Notes: generated from the sequence alone by a model not told the origin. A stretch of 32,000 nt of DNA from Bacteroidales bacterium (GCA_965230435.1 CBDDLB010000006.1:1628742-1660741); one strand, 5' to 3'. Numbered from the stretch's first letter, positions 9,311 to 19,443 are shown. Program-made: numbers and translations.

Positions 9311-12300
9311 TTATAAACCATATAAAGCAAACTGAATCTCAGAAATCAATTCATCGGCCTTAATTGGCTTGTTGACAACAGCACTACACCCTACCTGTTT
9401 AAGCTGCTCAATGTCGTGATCGAGTGTATAGGCTGTCTGGACAATAATCGGTAACTTGTTTTTATAAGCCCGGATCTCTGTTGTTGCTTGCCTCCCATCC
9501 ATTACAGGCATCTGTAAATCCATCAGGACGAGACTTATCTCTGGATTGTTTCTTACCATATCTACTGCTTCAGCTCCATTTTCTGCCCTCAGTAATTTCA
9601 CATTGGTCTTTTTTAGTATTTTCTCTATCAGTTTGTAATTTATTGCATTGTCCTCTGCAACAAGTATAGTAGAAGTAGACCAATCCTGATCTACGTTTCC
9701 AATTCTATGATTTTCGGGCAATATCAATACATTTTCTTTGTAATCAAGACCTTCTATAGAGAGAGTAAACTCAAATCTTGATCCTACATTTGGAACGGAT
9801 GTAAAAGTTAAATCTCCTCCTAAACGACCAATCATATATTTTGCAATAGAAAGCCCTAGGCCGGTTCCTCCTAGAAGTCCCTTGCTTGGATGATCGATAC
9901 GAACAAAACGGTCAAAAATCACTTTATGGTTTTCTGGAAGAATACCAACACCTGTGTCCTCAACAAAGAAACAAATGTTTTTGTTGTCTTCTTTCAATTC
10001 AAAACCAAAATTGATATGCCCCTCGTCTGTAAACTTAATTGCATTGCTTAGCAGATTTGCCAGAACCTGCATCAATCGAAGATAATCTGTTTTGAATTTA
10101 ATATCAGCTGCCCCCTCTTTTTGTACTTTAAGCAATACATGTTTTCCTATCGCCCCATTCAGTTCTCTTTCTGCATTTCTTTTTGCTTGATTCAAAAGTG
10201 TTTCTAAATCTACCCATTCCCAGTTAATGTCAAGTTGGTTGGCCTCGATCTTTGCAATATCGATAATGTCCTCGATCAATTTCAGAAGCACTTTACTGTT
10301 GGCATTGATTTCTGATATAAACTCCTTTCTCTCTTCCTCTCTTAGATCGTCTTCATTCAACAGATCTGCAAAACCTGTAATTGCGTTCATCGGGGTACGG
10401 ATTTCATGCGACATGTTCGACAAAAAAGCCGTTTTCAAACGATCTGCCTGCTCTGCTCTTAATTTCGCCCTTTTCAGTTTTTTCTCGTAATTGCGCCTTT
10501 CAGTAATATCGTTCAATATTCCAAAAACACCTTTAATCTGCCCTTCAGAATCGAGAAAACAAACAAACTGTCCTCTTATCCAGACCAATTTGTCATCTAC
10601 TTTACTGTATAAAATCATGTCCAGACTTTTTTTGTCCAAAAGCTCACGCAACAGCTTACGTATCAGAGCAGTTCTTTGTGGAAATAAAGAGGCTATTGAC
10701 TCATACAAGCGGGCATTTTTACGTACACTCCAAAAGTGATCAATCATCATATTGACCCTCACCAAGCGTAAATGATTAACTTGTTTGGCGATAAACGAAC
10801 GTTTGTCTGTGATTTTACTCCAATCGAACGGTTTGTCGAATTGAAAGATGCAGAACCCCTCGGAAGCGTGGTCGAAAAAGGATTGCATCTGGTTCTGGCT
10901 TTCTGCAAGTTTATTCTCTGCCGCTACACGTTCAGATATATTTCTGAATATTAGATACGTTGCAAAATAGCGCTCTCCATGAAATACAGGAGTGGCAAAA
11001 ATGGACACATCTACCAGAGTTCCGTCGTTTTTCATTCGCTGGGTAGCCAAAATTGAAACCGATCGTCCCTCGACCGTTTCTTTGTAAATCTGCTCTTCCT
11101 CTTCTAAAAAGCGGTATGGAGTTAGCGATGAAGAGGGTTTGCCTACAACATCACCTTCCTTATATCCGAACAAATTCTGAAATTCTTTATTTACCCTCTT
11201 GATAACTAGAGATTTTCCTGTTACCACTATGCCTTCAGGAGCATTATGAAAAAGACGGGCAAAATATATTTTCTCTTTTTGGTTTTCATTAAATGCATTA
11301 TTCATTTCCACGATCACTTCATTTGCTACCCTTGCCAATTCTTTGAACTCATCGTAACGGATAGTCTGAAGATCTATAGACGTATTGTTTTCTTGATGCT
11401 GCATCAGAAAACCATGCAATTGAGCAATGTTTGTTTCTACGCGCAGTCCCAACGCATTCGAGAAGTAAAAAACAAGCCCTAGTAAAAACATAAAAAATAA
11501 CAGACCGAGCATCATACGGAAAAAGAACAGCCAATAGGCATTGCTTTTCTTCCGATCCATGATTGATTCTATATCGTGAATATAGGACACCCCACCTACA
11601 ATCCAGTTCCAGTTCAGATGACTTTCGACATAAACAATAGCCTTACCTTTTGTAAGTGCACTGTTTTCTGGAGAAAGCAGAATAAATCCAGATCCTTCAT
11701 TCTGAAGTAACATGCGTTGTTGTTGAAAGAAGCTTATGTCTTCGCGAGCTATTGATTTTTTCTCGCTAGAAATGGATAGTACTTCATTTTCAGAAACTAG
11801 GGCTTTACCATCAAGAGTATTGACAAACATATAGCCCATCTCTTTAAAACGCAAAGAAGCTACTTTAGCCAAAACTTCGCTCTGTTTTCGAATCATCATG
11901 TTCTCAATGGAGACTGTTCGGCCAATTATCCATCCTGTTTCTTCGAAAATTTTGCAGTAAGACAGATATTTTTGAGGTAAGCTGTCGCCCAATGCCATCT
12001 TTCCCCAATAGCTCGCGAGCCCCCCTTCTCCCGTTTCCCGAATGCTGTTACGAATCAAAGTAAATGGTTCTGTGCCCAAATTATCCTTTAATGTTGCAAG
12101 ATTCTGCTGATTTGCACCTTTGCAAAACTCCCCTGCAACCCAACTTCCATCTCTTTTATAAACAAAGAAGGATGAAAGTTTATCTGATGCTTTTTCATGA
12201 TGAAGTGATTGAATCAAAAGCCTTTCTATTTCCTGAGTCTTCAAGTATGCCTTGTTTGCATGATAAAGGTTAGAAAACAATGTATGCAGAAGGTTTACTT

Positions 12301-12577
12301 TTTCTTGATTCTGCTGTTCAACTTTCATGCTCAATTCTGAATCTGCCTGCTCAATCTCAGATAGTACCTGTTCTACATGATCCTTTAAAGAAGCCTTTCT
12401 TAAATCAATTAAATCGTTTCGTATTGCTTGTTTTTCGTACTTGTACTCGATATATTCTCCGCCGATGCTAAGCAAAGCCACAGGAAAAATAGCCAAAAAT
12501 AGAACCTTCATAAAAGAACGCTTCAGCGCTTTACGAAAACTCATTGGACGGTTAAAATGCAAAAGGTCAGATAACAT
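9311..12577 (-). CDS. hybrid sensor histidine kinase/response regulator (extracytoplasmic Cache-like region, PAS repeats, HisKA, HATPase_c, REC)
   Basis: 1088 aa. Two TM segments bracket a roughly 300-aa sensor region. Motifs: H-box FLSNMSHEIRTPMNAI; ATPase boxes LLSNAIKFT, EDTGVGI and GGTGLGLSIAK; C-terminal receiver ILVAEDNAINYKL...LVLMDLQMPVMDG. Confidence 0.92.
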   Translation of the reverse strand: MLSDLLHFNRPMSFRKALKRSFMKVLFLAIFPVALLSIGGEYIEYKYEKQAIRNDLIDLRKASLKDHVEQVLSEIEQADSELSMKVEQQNQEKVNLLHTLFSNLYHANKAYLKTQEIERLLIQSLHHEKASDKLSSFFVYKRDGSWVAGEFCKGANQQNLATLKDNLGTEPFTLIRNSIRETGEGGLASYWGKMALGDSLPQKYLSYCKIFEETGWIIGRTVSIENMMIRKQSEVLAKVASLRFKEMGYMFVNTLDGKALVSENEVLSISSEKKSIAREDISFFQQQRMLLQNEGSGFILLSPENSALTKGKAIVYVESHLNWNWIVGGVSYIHDIESIMDRKKSNAYWLFFFRMMLGLLFFMFLLGLVFYFSNALGLRVETNIAQLHGFLMQHQENNTSIDLQTIRYDEFKELARVANEVIVEMNNAFNENQKEKIYFARLFHNAPEGIVVTGKSLVIKRVNKEFQNLFGYKEGDVVGKPSSSLTPYRFLEEEEQIYKETVEGRSVSILATQRMKNDGTLVDVSIFATPVFHGERYFATYLIFRNISERVAAENKLAESQNQMQSFFDHASEGFCIFQFDKPFDWSKITDKRSFIAKQVNHLRLVRVNMMIDHFWSVRKNARLYESIASLFPQRTALIRKLLRELLDKKSLDMILYSKVDDKLVWIRGQFVCFLDSEGQIKGVFGILNDITERRNYEKKLKRAKLRAEQADRLKTAFLSNMSHEIRTPMNAITGFADLLNEDDLREEERKEFISEINANSKVLLKLIEDIIDIAKIEANQLDINWEWVDLETLLNQAKRNAERELNGAIGKHVLLKVQKEGAADIKFKTDYLRLMQVLANLLSNAIKFTDEGHINFGFELKEDNKNICFFVEDTGVGILPENHKVIFDRFVRIDHPSKGLLGGTGLGLSIAKYMIGRLGGDLTFTSVPNVGSRFEFTLSIEGLDYKENVLILPENHRIGNVDQDWSTSTILVAEDNAINYKLIEKILKKTNVKLLRAENGAEAVDMVRNNPEISLVLMDLQMPVMDGRQATTEIRAYKNKLPIIVQTAYTLDHDIEQLKQVGCSAVVNKPIKADELISEIQFALYGL

Positions 12578-13214
12578 CTTAAGCTCTTAAATTGAACTGA
12601 TATTTAGAACGAAAAAACCAAAAACAACAATTTCGGCCAACTCCAGAACCAGATTTTTACGAATACCTTAGTTTGATGTTACAATATATCCAGAAAAAGG
12701 TATTGTTTACAACCAAATCCGACTCTACAAGAAACTATGAAGCAATCATTTAAAAAGCACAGTGCCGCGTAATGACCACTTGACGCATTCTTAGCCCGTA
12801 ATCAATATATGCAATTCGCTCAATCTACGACAAATATACGAAGCAGTTCTTTTGATTGGAGAATAGTTAATGAAATTCAGAAAAAACAGACAATATTAAT
12901 GATTATAAAGCTGAAGCCCTAAATTAACGAGTATGCACAATGCTGTAACCTTCTTTTTTTCAGAGGTAAAGCATAAAAAATGATAGTGGGTACACCCTAA
13001 TGTCAATATTTTGAATTTAAAAAATTTGATATTCCTACCTTTGACAACAATTTATGAGAAGTCTAGCAGACTCTATCAAAACTAATCTAACAGTGAACCA
13101 TAGAGCCATTACAATCTAATTTGTGACAACATAAAAAGCAATAAGCAGTTGAACTAAAATAGTTTAAGAAGTAAGTTCGAAATAAACAGGTCAGCGACCT
13201 AACGCCAATTTACT

Positions 13215-14117
13215 ATGTGGGATAGTTATCTAAAAAAATTCAAAGCACACCTAAAGCTCGAACGAGCATTATCAGAAAATTCTATTTCTGCCTACCTAAA
13301 GGACTTAGAAAAACTAAAGGTTTATTTTACAGATATCTATTCAAAGCCCAAAGATGCAATACAACTCAACACTCAAGATTTAAAAGGTTTTGTGGCCTAC
13401 CTTGCAGAACTGGGACTGCAACCAAGTTCTCAATCGAGAGTAATTTCCGGAATAAAAACTTTTTACCGCTACCTAAGGGCAGAACACCTGATTAAAGAGA
13501 ACCCTGCAAGTCTTCTTGAAGCCCCACGGCTTTCCCGTAAATTGCCAGATGTACTTTCTGTTGAGGAAGTTGACGCTCTTATTTCGGCTATAGATCTGAG
13601 TAAAGCAGAAGGCCAACGAAACAAAGCAATCATTGAAACACTATACAGTTGCGGCCTTCGGGTAACAGAGTTAACGGAAATAAAGATCAGCAATCTTCAT
13701 TTTGACGACGGTTTTCTAAAAGTAGAAGGTAAGGGAAAAAAAGAACGCTTAGTACCTATTAGTCCCAAGGCAATTCGGGAAATCAATTTCTATATGGAGC
13801 ACTACCGCGACTATTTAGATATTAAAGACGGTCACGAAGATTATGTTTTCCTAAACAGAAGAGGACAGAAACTAAGCAGGGTGATGATTTTCAACATTGT
13901 AAAAACAGCAAAAATCCTTGCTGGCTCGAAAAAAAACATTAGTCCACACACTTTCAGGCACTCTTTTGCAACACATTTAGTTGAAGGAGGAGCGGATTTA
14001 AGAGCTGTTCAGGATATGCTGGGACATGAATCTATTATCACAACTGAAATCTATACTCATCTCGACCGTAATTTTCTTAGACAGAATATTCTAGACTTTC
14101 ATCCTCGAGCAAAGTAA
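13215..14117 (+). CDS. xerD: site-specific tyrosine recombinase XerD
   Basis: 300 aa. N-terminal SAM-like core-binding domain and a catalytic region with LYSCGLRVTEL, HTFRHSFATHL and LGHESIITTEIYTH. Confidence 0.88.
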   Translation: MWDSYLKKFKAHLKLERALSENSISAYLKDLEKLKVYFTDIYSKPKDAIQLNTQDLKGFVAYLAELGLQPSSQSRVISGIKTFYRYLRAEHLIKENPASLLEAPRLSRKLPDVLSVEEVDALISAIDLSKAEGQRNKAIIETLYSCGLRVTELTEIKISNLHFDDGFLKVEGKGKKERLVPISPKAIREINFYMEHYRDYLDIKDGHEDYVFLNRRGQKLSRVMIFNIVKTAKILAGSKKNISPHTFRHSFATHLVEGGADLRAVQDMLGHESIITTEIYTHLDRNFLRQNILDFHPRAK

Positions 14118-14192
14118 ATTGCAGTACAAAATAGTGTCTTAAAGTGTTGCAACAGAAAATCATAACACATTTATTTACAAACGAATTTCCAA

Positions 14193-14963
14193 TTATTTCT
14201 TCTTAATCGTAAACAGAAACTTTTTGTCCTGCTGCCCACCTTGACTATCATAAGAACGCTCTTCGAAATACGCGTTCCCATCTCTATCCACTAAAATGAG
14301 TGTTGTGGCACGGGTTCCATAACCATTCATTCTAACGAAAAGCGATGACAGTCCTCTCTCCCACTCTTGAGGAATTTTTGTGTCAGGCAAAAGAGAATCA
14401 GGATAAAGCTGAGCGTCCCGCATATCGGTGAATATTTGCTCTACATTTAGCGTAGGTTGTTGAACCCAGCCTTTAGCTTTCTGCTTTAGCTTTTTTACTT
14501 TTGGCCAATCTTCGTTCCACTTGCCATTGCTTACACCATAAATCCCAGGAGTGACTTTTAATTGATAGAAGTCTGGCCTGTTCGATAAAAAGAACAGTTC
14601 ATCAACAGAACCATAAATTAGATTGAAACCGTTGTAATTGTAAATACTCTGTTTAATCTCACTTTCAAATTGAAAGGTATCCTGATCAGGAAGTAAAAAA
14701 TCAGTAACGATATGCCCACGCGAAGGCGCTAGTTTGTTTTCTTCCAAGCCATTTCTGAAGTTTGTTAATGAGGCGAAAGCACCATCCCTTCGAATTGCAG
14801 TCCACGTACCACCTGCTTGTAAATCTTGTCCGGCCAAAATAGTTGAATCTGGCTGCCACCATTCTGCTGGTTTAGTTTGCCTATGATAAAATTCATCGCG
14901 ATTTCCCGCAAAAATGAAAGGATATTTTGGATGCACTTTAAATGCAATAAGAGCTGTACACAT
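14193..14963 (-). CDS. NRDE family protein (DUF833/TANGO2-like)
   Basis: The protein starts MCTALIAF and contains the family-name motif AGNRDEF. Its length of 256 aa fits the family. Confidence 0.8.
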   Translation of the reverse strand: MCTALIAFKVHPKYPFIFAGNRDEFYHRQTKPAEWWQPDSTILAGQDLQAGGTWTAIRRDGAFASLTNFRNGLEENKLAPSRGHIVTDFLLPDQDTFQFESEIKQSIYNYNGFNLIYGSVDELFFLSNRPDFYQLKVTPGIYGVSNGKWNEDWPKVKKLKQKAKGWVQQPTLNVEQIFTDMRDAQLYPDSLLPDTKIPQEWERGLSSLFVRMNGYGTRATTLILVDRDGNAYFEERSYDSQGGQQDKKFLFTIKKK

Positions 14964-15256
14964 TGCCTTTTATAATTTAAAGAATCCACAATGTACAAAA
15001 AGCGTAATAACTTCTTAAACAAATAAGTATCAGTCTAACTCCAGTTATAATTTTTAACTTGAAATTTTGCTGATGATTATAAAAACTATACCAAACACAG
15101 CAAACTGCACTTTTAAAGCATTTTACCCATGGGGATAAATCAACAAATCATGACACCTACAGCTAACGAATTGAAAGACAAATAAACTTTTTTCTTACAA
15201 TTTGTTGGTCTTTTCAAAAAGTATTACAATCTTTGATTCGTCAAACAGAAAAAGAA

Positions 15257-15337
15257 ATGAACCCAATTACATCAATTCATATTATTATTCGCCTCGTCGT
15301 GGTCATTCTGATACGGAATGAGGTGGGAATGGTGTAG
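15257..15337 (+). CDS. ilv operon leader peptide (26 codons, Ile/Val/Leu rich)
   Basis: ATG AAC CCA ATT ACA TCA ATT CAT ATT ATT ATT CGC CTC GTC GTG GTC ATT CTG ATA CGG AAT GAG GTG GGA ATG GTG TAG translates to MNPITSIHIIIRLVVVILIRNEVGMV. Fourteen of 26 residues are branched-chain. The ORF sits directly upstream of alternative terminator/antiterminator structures and ilvD. Confidence 0.75.
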   Translation: MNPITSIHIIIRLVVVILIRNEVGMV

Positions 15338-15377
15338 TTGATACTAAAGATATAAAAGATAGCGAAAGCACCATTCC
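15301..15377 (+). promoter_or_regulatory. attenuator antiterminator segments (1:2 and 2:3 pairings)
   Basis: Seg1 GGTCATTC (15301-15308) can pair with seg2 GGGAATGGTG (15325-15334). Seg2 GGAATGGTG (15326-15334) is perfectly complementary to seg3 CACCATTCC (15369-15377), which is also the 5' arm of the terminator. Confidence 0.7.
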
Positions 15378-15403
15378 TAAACGGGATGGTGCTTTTTGTT
15401 TTT
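15367..15403 (+). terminator. attenuator terminator (3:4 hairpin plus U tract)
   Basis: AGCACCATTCC-taaac-GGGATGGTGCT (11 bp, one G-U pair) followed by TTTTTGTTTTT. It ends 44 nt before the ilvD ATG. Confidence 0.85.
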
Positions 15404-15446
15404 ATAACAGTTGATTCAGGCCATAATTAGAATTAGGATACCTACT

Positions 15447-17273
15447 ATGAAAAAACCCTTAAGAAGTAATACCACAACACAAGGCCGCTTAATGGCCGGA
15501 GCAAGAAGTCTTTGGAGAGCCAATGGCGTAAAAGAGGAACAGTTCGGCAAGCCGCTTATAGCAATTGCTAATTCCTTCACTCAGTTTGTCCCAGGACATG
15601 CACACCTGCACAATATTGGTCAGGAAGTAAAAAAGGCTATTGAAGCTAAAGGCTGTTTTGCTGCTGAGTTTAACACTATTGCGATTGATGATGGTATTGC
15701 AATGGGACATGATGGTATGCTCTACTCTCTGCCATCGCGCGATCTGATTGCAGATAGCGTTGAGTATATGGTAAATGCGCATAAAGCAGATGCATTGGTG
15801 TGCATCTCGAACTGCGACAAAATAACGCCCGGTATGTTAATGGCTGCCATGCGCCTTAATATTCCAACTATCTTTGTATCTGGTGGCCCGATGGAAGCTG
15901 GGAAAGCGCTAGGAAAAAGTCTAGACCTTGTTGATGCAATGGTGATGGCTGCCGACGAAAATGTAAGCGACGAAGATGTTGAAACTGTTGAACGCTCAGC
16001 CTGCCCAACATGTGGATCGTGTTCGGGTATGTTTACGGCTAATTCTATGAACTGTCTTAATGAAGCTCTTGGATTAGCTCTTCCTGGCAACGGTACTGTT
16101 GTAGCAACACACTCCAAACGTACAGGTCTTTTTGAGCAAGCTGCCAACCGTATTGTTGACATGGCGTATGAGTATTACCGCGATGGAAATGAAAATGTAC
16201 TGCCACTTAACATTGCCACAAAAGCAACTTTCTTGAACGCGATGTCGCTTGATATTGCAATGGGCGGATCGACAAACACAGTACTTCACTTGTTGGCAAT
16301 CGCTCAGGAAGCTGGTGTAGATTTCGGCATGAAAGATATAGACGAGCTTAGCCGCCGAGTTCCATGCCTAAGCAAAGTAGCACCTAACTCTAGCTACCAT
16401 ATCGAAGACGTAAACCGAGCAGGGGGAATTTTAGGTATTCTTAAAGAACTTGACAAAGCGAATTTGCTAGATACTTCTGTTCCTAGGGTAGACTATCCTA
16501 CATTAGCCGACGCCCTTGCTGATTTTGATGTTACAAAAGAACTCGCTTCACATAAAGCAGTAGAGCTTTACAAAGCTGCACCGGGTGGATTCAAAAATTT
16601 AAAGTTAGGTTCGCAAAGTTCTGAGTACAAAGAACTAGACCTAGATCGTGAAAACGGATGTATTCGCGATATCAAAAATGCTTACTATCCAGATGGAGGG
16701 ATTGCTGTTCTTTTCGGGAATATAGCAGAGAACGGTTGTATTGTTAAAACAGCTGGTGTTGATGAATCTATCTTTAAATTTACAGGAAAAGCTGTTGTTT
16801 TCGAGTCGCAGGACGATGCAGTTGAAGGTATAATTGGAGGTAAAGTTCAAGAAGGCGACGTTGTAGTTATCCGCTACGAAGGCCCTAAAGGTGGCCCTGG
16901 GATGCAAGAAATGCTTTATCCCACTTCTTATCTGAAATCGAAAGGACTTGGAAAAGCTTGTGCACTGATTACAGATGGCCGTTTCTCGGGTGGAACATCG
17001 GGACTGTCTATTGGTCACGTATCGCCAGAAGCCGCAGCTGGAGGTGCAATTGCACTTGTCCAAAATGGCGACCCTATTGAAATTGATATTCCAAACCGAA
17101 GTATCGATGTGAAACTTTCAGAAGAAGAGCTAGCTCAAAGAAAAACAGAGGAGCAAGCTGCTGAAAAAGCATTTAAGCCAAAGACGCGCGAAAGACAGGT
17201 GAGTAAAGCATTGAAACTTTATGCTCAGAATGTTTCTTCGGCCGACTTAGGTGCGATCCGTGTGATTGACTGA
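15447..17273 (+). CDS. ilvD: dihydroxy-acid dehydratase
   Basis: The start is taken at [27 protein letters not shown]. Family motifs: [34 protein letters not shown] and [12 protein letters not shown]. Confidence 0.97.
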   Translation: MKKPLRSNTTTQGRLMAGARSLWRANGVKEEQFGKPLIAIANSFTQFVPGHAHLHNIGQEVKKAIEAKGCFAAEFNTIAIDDGIAMGHDGMLYSLPSRDLIADSVEYMVNAHKADALVCISNCDKITPGMLMAAMRLNIPTIFVSGGPMEAGKALGKSLDLVDAMVMAADENVSDEDVETVERSACPTCGSCSGMFTANSMNCLNEALGLALPGNGTVVATHSKRTGLFEQAANRIVDMAYEYYRDGNENVLPLNIATKATFLNAMSLDIAMGGSTNTVLHLLAIAQEAGVDFGMKDIDELSRRVPCLSKVAPNSSYHIEDVNRAGGILGILKELDKANLLDTSVPRVDYPTLADALADFDVTKELASHKAVELYKAAPGGFKNLKLGSQSSEYKELDLDRENGCIRDIKNAYYPDGGIAVLFGNIAENGCIVKTAGVDESIFKFTGKAVVFESQDDAVEGIIGGKVQEGDVVVIRYEGPKGGPGMQEMLYPTSYLKSKGLGKACALITDGRFSGGTSGLSIGHVSPEAAAGGAIALVQNGDPIEIDIPNRSIDVKLSEEELAQRKTEEQAAEKAFKPKTRERQVSKALKLYAQNVSSADLGAIRVID

Positions 17274-17506
17274 TAAGCTCGCATTCTTATATCTTTAAAA
17301 GCAAAGTCATCAACTCATATATTTTTTGTTATATCAGACATTTTAGTCAACTGCAATCCTAAAAAATCGTAAGATAAGGATTAGCCATAAATAATATAAG
17401 TAGGTGTGCTAAAATAAACGACATTCCTAAGGTTGTCACTGCATTGATAGACAGCAGGGTGTCAATCCTAATAAATAGCACCACGTGCTTAACAAAGTCG
17501 ATTTAA

Positions 17507-17536
17507 CGTCATTAGCTTAATGGCGGTTTATTTTTT
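17507..17536 (+). terminator. terminator-like hairpin 28 nt upstream of ilvB copy 1
   Basis: CGTCATTA-gct-TAATGGCG (8 bp, one G-U pair) followed by GTTTATTTTTT. It lies at the end of a 290-nt ilvD-ilvB spacer. Confidence 0.45.
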
Positions 17537-17563
17537 ACGTAAAAACTGAAACACATAATCATA

Positions 17564-19270
17564 ATGGAGGCAAAACAGAAGAAAAAAGTAACAGGTTCGG
17601 AAGCTGTTATCCTTTCTTTGCTAGAAGAAGGCGTAGATTTGATATGGGGATATCCAGGAGGGGCGATTATGCCTATCTATGATGCCCTTTACGATTATCA
17701 AGATAAAATTAAGCACATATTAGTGCGTCACGAACAAGGGGCAACGCATGCAGCTGATGCATATGCACGTATTGCAGGGAAACCTGGGGTTTGTTTTGCA
17801 ACTTCAGGCCCAGGTGCTACAAACTTAATCACTGGTATTGCCAACGCTCAGGTTGATTCGGTACCAATGGTTTGTATTACTGGACAAGTAGTTTCATCGG
17901 TTCTTGGTTACGATGCTTTTCAAGAGACTGATGTTGTTGGTGTATCGATGCCCGTGACTAAATGGAACTATCAGGTAACAAAAGCCGAAGAGATTCCGAT
18001 GGCCATTGCCCGTGCTTTTTACATTGCCAGCACAGGACGCCCTGGGCCAGTTGTAGTAGACATTACTAAAGATGCACAGTTTCAGGAATTTGAGTTTTCT
18101 TACGAAAAATGTACAGGTCTACGCAGCTATAAGCCATACCCTATTCTTCGCGAAGACAAGGTATTGGAAGCTGCCCGCTTGATTAATCAAGCTAAGAAAC
18201 CTTTGCTTTTGGTAGGCCACGGTGTGCTTATTTCGAATGCAACAAAAGAATTGCAGGAGTTTTCTGAAAAAACAGGTATTCCTGTAGCCTCTACACTTCT
18301 TGGCCTTTCTGCCTTTCCTAACAAACACGAAAACTATGTAGGATACCTTGGCATGCACGGTAATGTGGGAACGAATGTATTGACAAACGAAGCCGATGTG
18401 ATTATTGCCGTTGGTATGCGCTTCGACGATCGTGTTACAGGCGATACATCGCGTTACGCCACTCAGGCACGCATTATACATATAGAAGTAGACAAATCTG
18501 AGATTGATAAAAACATTAAAACTGATGTTGCTATCAATGCCGATGCTAAACATGCGCTTCTATCTCTAAATGAAGCTGTAAACAAAAACGACTTCTCAGA
18601 CTGGAAAGCTGAGTTCCATAAATACAACGAAGAAGAGGCAATAAAGGTGGATAAGCCTCTAATTACTCGTACTAACGGCAGCATGCTAACAATGGACGAA
18701 ATCATTGTTAGAATCTCGGAGAAAACGAAAGGCGAAGCAATTATCTGTACCGATGTTGGTCAGCACCAGATGATAGCTGCTAAGCGTTATCAGTTTGCGA
18801 AACCTAATAGTATTGTAAGCTCTGGCGGTCTTGGAACAATGGGCTTTGGTGTTCCTGCTGGTATGGGAGCAAAAATGGCAGCGCCTGACCGCACTGTTAT
18901 TGTAGTTGTTGGTGACGGTGGTTTCCAAATGACAATACAGGAGCTGGGTACAATTTTCCAGTCTGAAATTGCTGTAAAAATCCTTGTCCTTAACAACGAA
19001 TTCCTTGGTATGGTGCGTCAGTGGCAAGAGCTTTTCTTCGACAAACGCTACTCGTTTACTGAGATGACAAATCCAAACTTTGTTGATGTTGCGAAAGGGT
19101 TTGGAGTTGCTGCTGAAAAAGTTGTTGAACGCAATGAACTTGACGCTGCCCTAGACCGTTGGTTGAGTCATGACGGAGCTATGGTATTGGAATGCCTTGT
19201 TGGAAAAGAGGACAATGTTTTCCCGATGGTTCCTTCTGGTGCTTCTGTTTCTGAAGTCCGCATGGAATAG
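17564..19270 (+). CDS. ilvB: acetolactate synthase (AHAS) large subunit, biosynthetic type, copy 1
   Basis: 568 aa. ThDP enzyme motifs: [44 protein letters not shown] and [13 protein letters not shown]. The canonical GMVRQWQELFF motif has its Trp codon at 19022-19024. Confidence 0.95.
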   Translation: MEAKQKKKVTGSEAVILSLLEEGVDLIWGYPGGAIMPIYDALYDYQDKIKHILVRHEQGATHAADAYARIAGKPGVCFATSGPGATNLITGIANAQVDSVPMVCITGQVVSSVLGYDAFQETDVVGVSMPVTKWNYQVTKAEEIPMAIARAFYIASTGRPGPVVVDITKDAQFQEFEFSYEKCTGLRSYKPYPILREDKVLEAARLINQAKKPLLLVGHGVLISNATKELQEFSEKTGIPVASTLLGLSAFPNKHENYVGYLGMHGNVGTNVLTNEADVIIAVGMRFDDRVTGDTSRYATQARIIHIEVDKSEIDKNIKTDVAINADAKHALLSLNEAVNKNDFSDWKAEFHKYNEEEAIKVDKPLITRTNGSMLTMDEIIVRISEKTKGEAIICTDVGQHQMIAAKRYQFAKPNSIVSSGGLGTMGFGVPAGMGAKMAAPDRTVIVVVGDGGFQMTIQELGTIFQSEIAVKILVLNNEFLGMVRQWQELFFDKRYSFTEMTNPNFVDVAKGFGVAAEKVVERNELDAALDRWLSHDGAMVLECLVGKEDNVFPMVPSGASVSEVRME

Positions 19271-19390
19271 CAGAGCTAGAGAATTAAGCACTAAGTGCTA
19301 TTTAATGTTGCTTACGCGATAGTATAATCGTTTGATAATATGCGCATAAGCGAAATAAAATATGAAATCATTTTCGTCCAAGCACTTATT

Positions 19391-19443
19391 AATTATGAGT
19401 TATTAATTGGCTGACGCTTGAGAACTTATTCTCAGCCAGTTTT
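19391..19443 (+). repeat. intergenic repeat copy A (27-nt conserved head plus hairpin)
   Basis: AATTATGAGTTATTAATTGGCTGACGC (19391-19417) matches 22128-22154 at 26 of 27 positions. TGGCTGA (19408-19414) pairs with TCAGCCA (19432-19438), followed by GTTTT. Confidence 0.7.

Noticed and set aside
13215-14117. The tyrosine recombinase as an integrase marking a genomic island.
   Set aside because: The sequence and length fit housekeeping XerD. There is no adjacent tRNA, direct repeats or cargo genes.
19340-19414. A 24-codon ORF (MRISEIKYEIIFVQALINYELLIG) ending inside the 5' arm of the copy-A hairpin. It was considered as a second BCAA leader peptide upstream of ilvN1.
   Set aside because: The Ile/Leu codons are dispersed, as expected by chance in AT-rich DNA. 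Copy B has no equivalent start codon. No alternative antiterminator pairing was found. This remains unproven rather than excluded.
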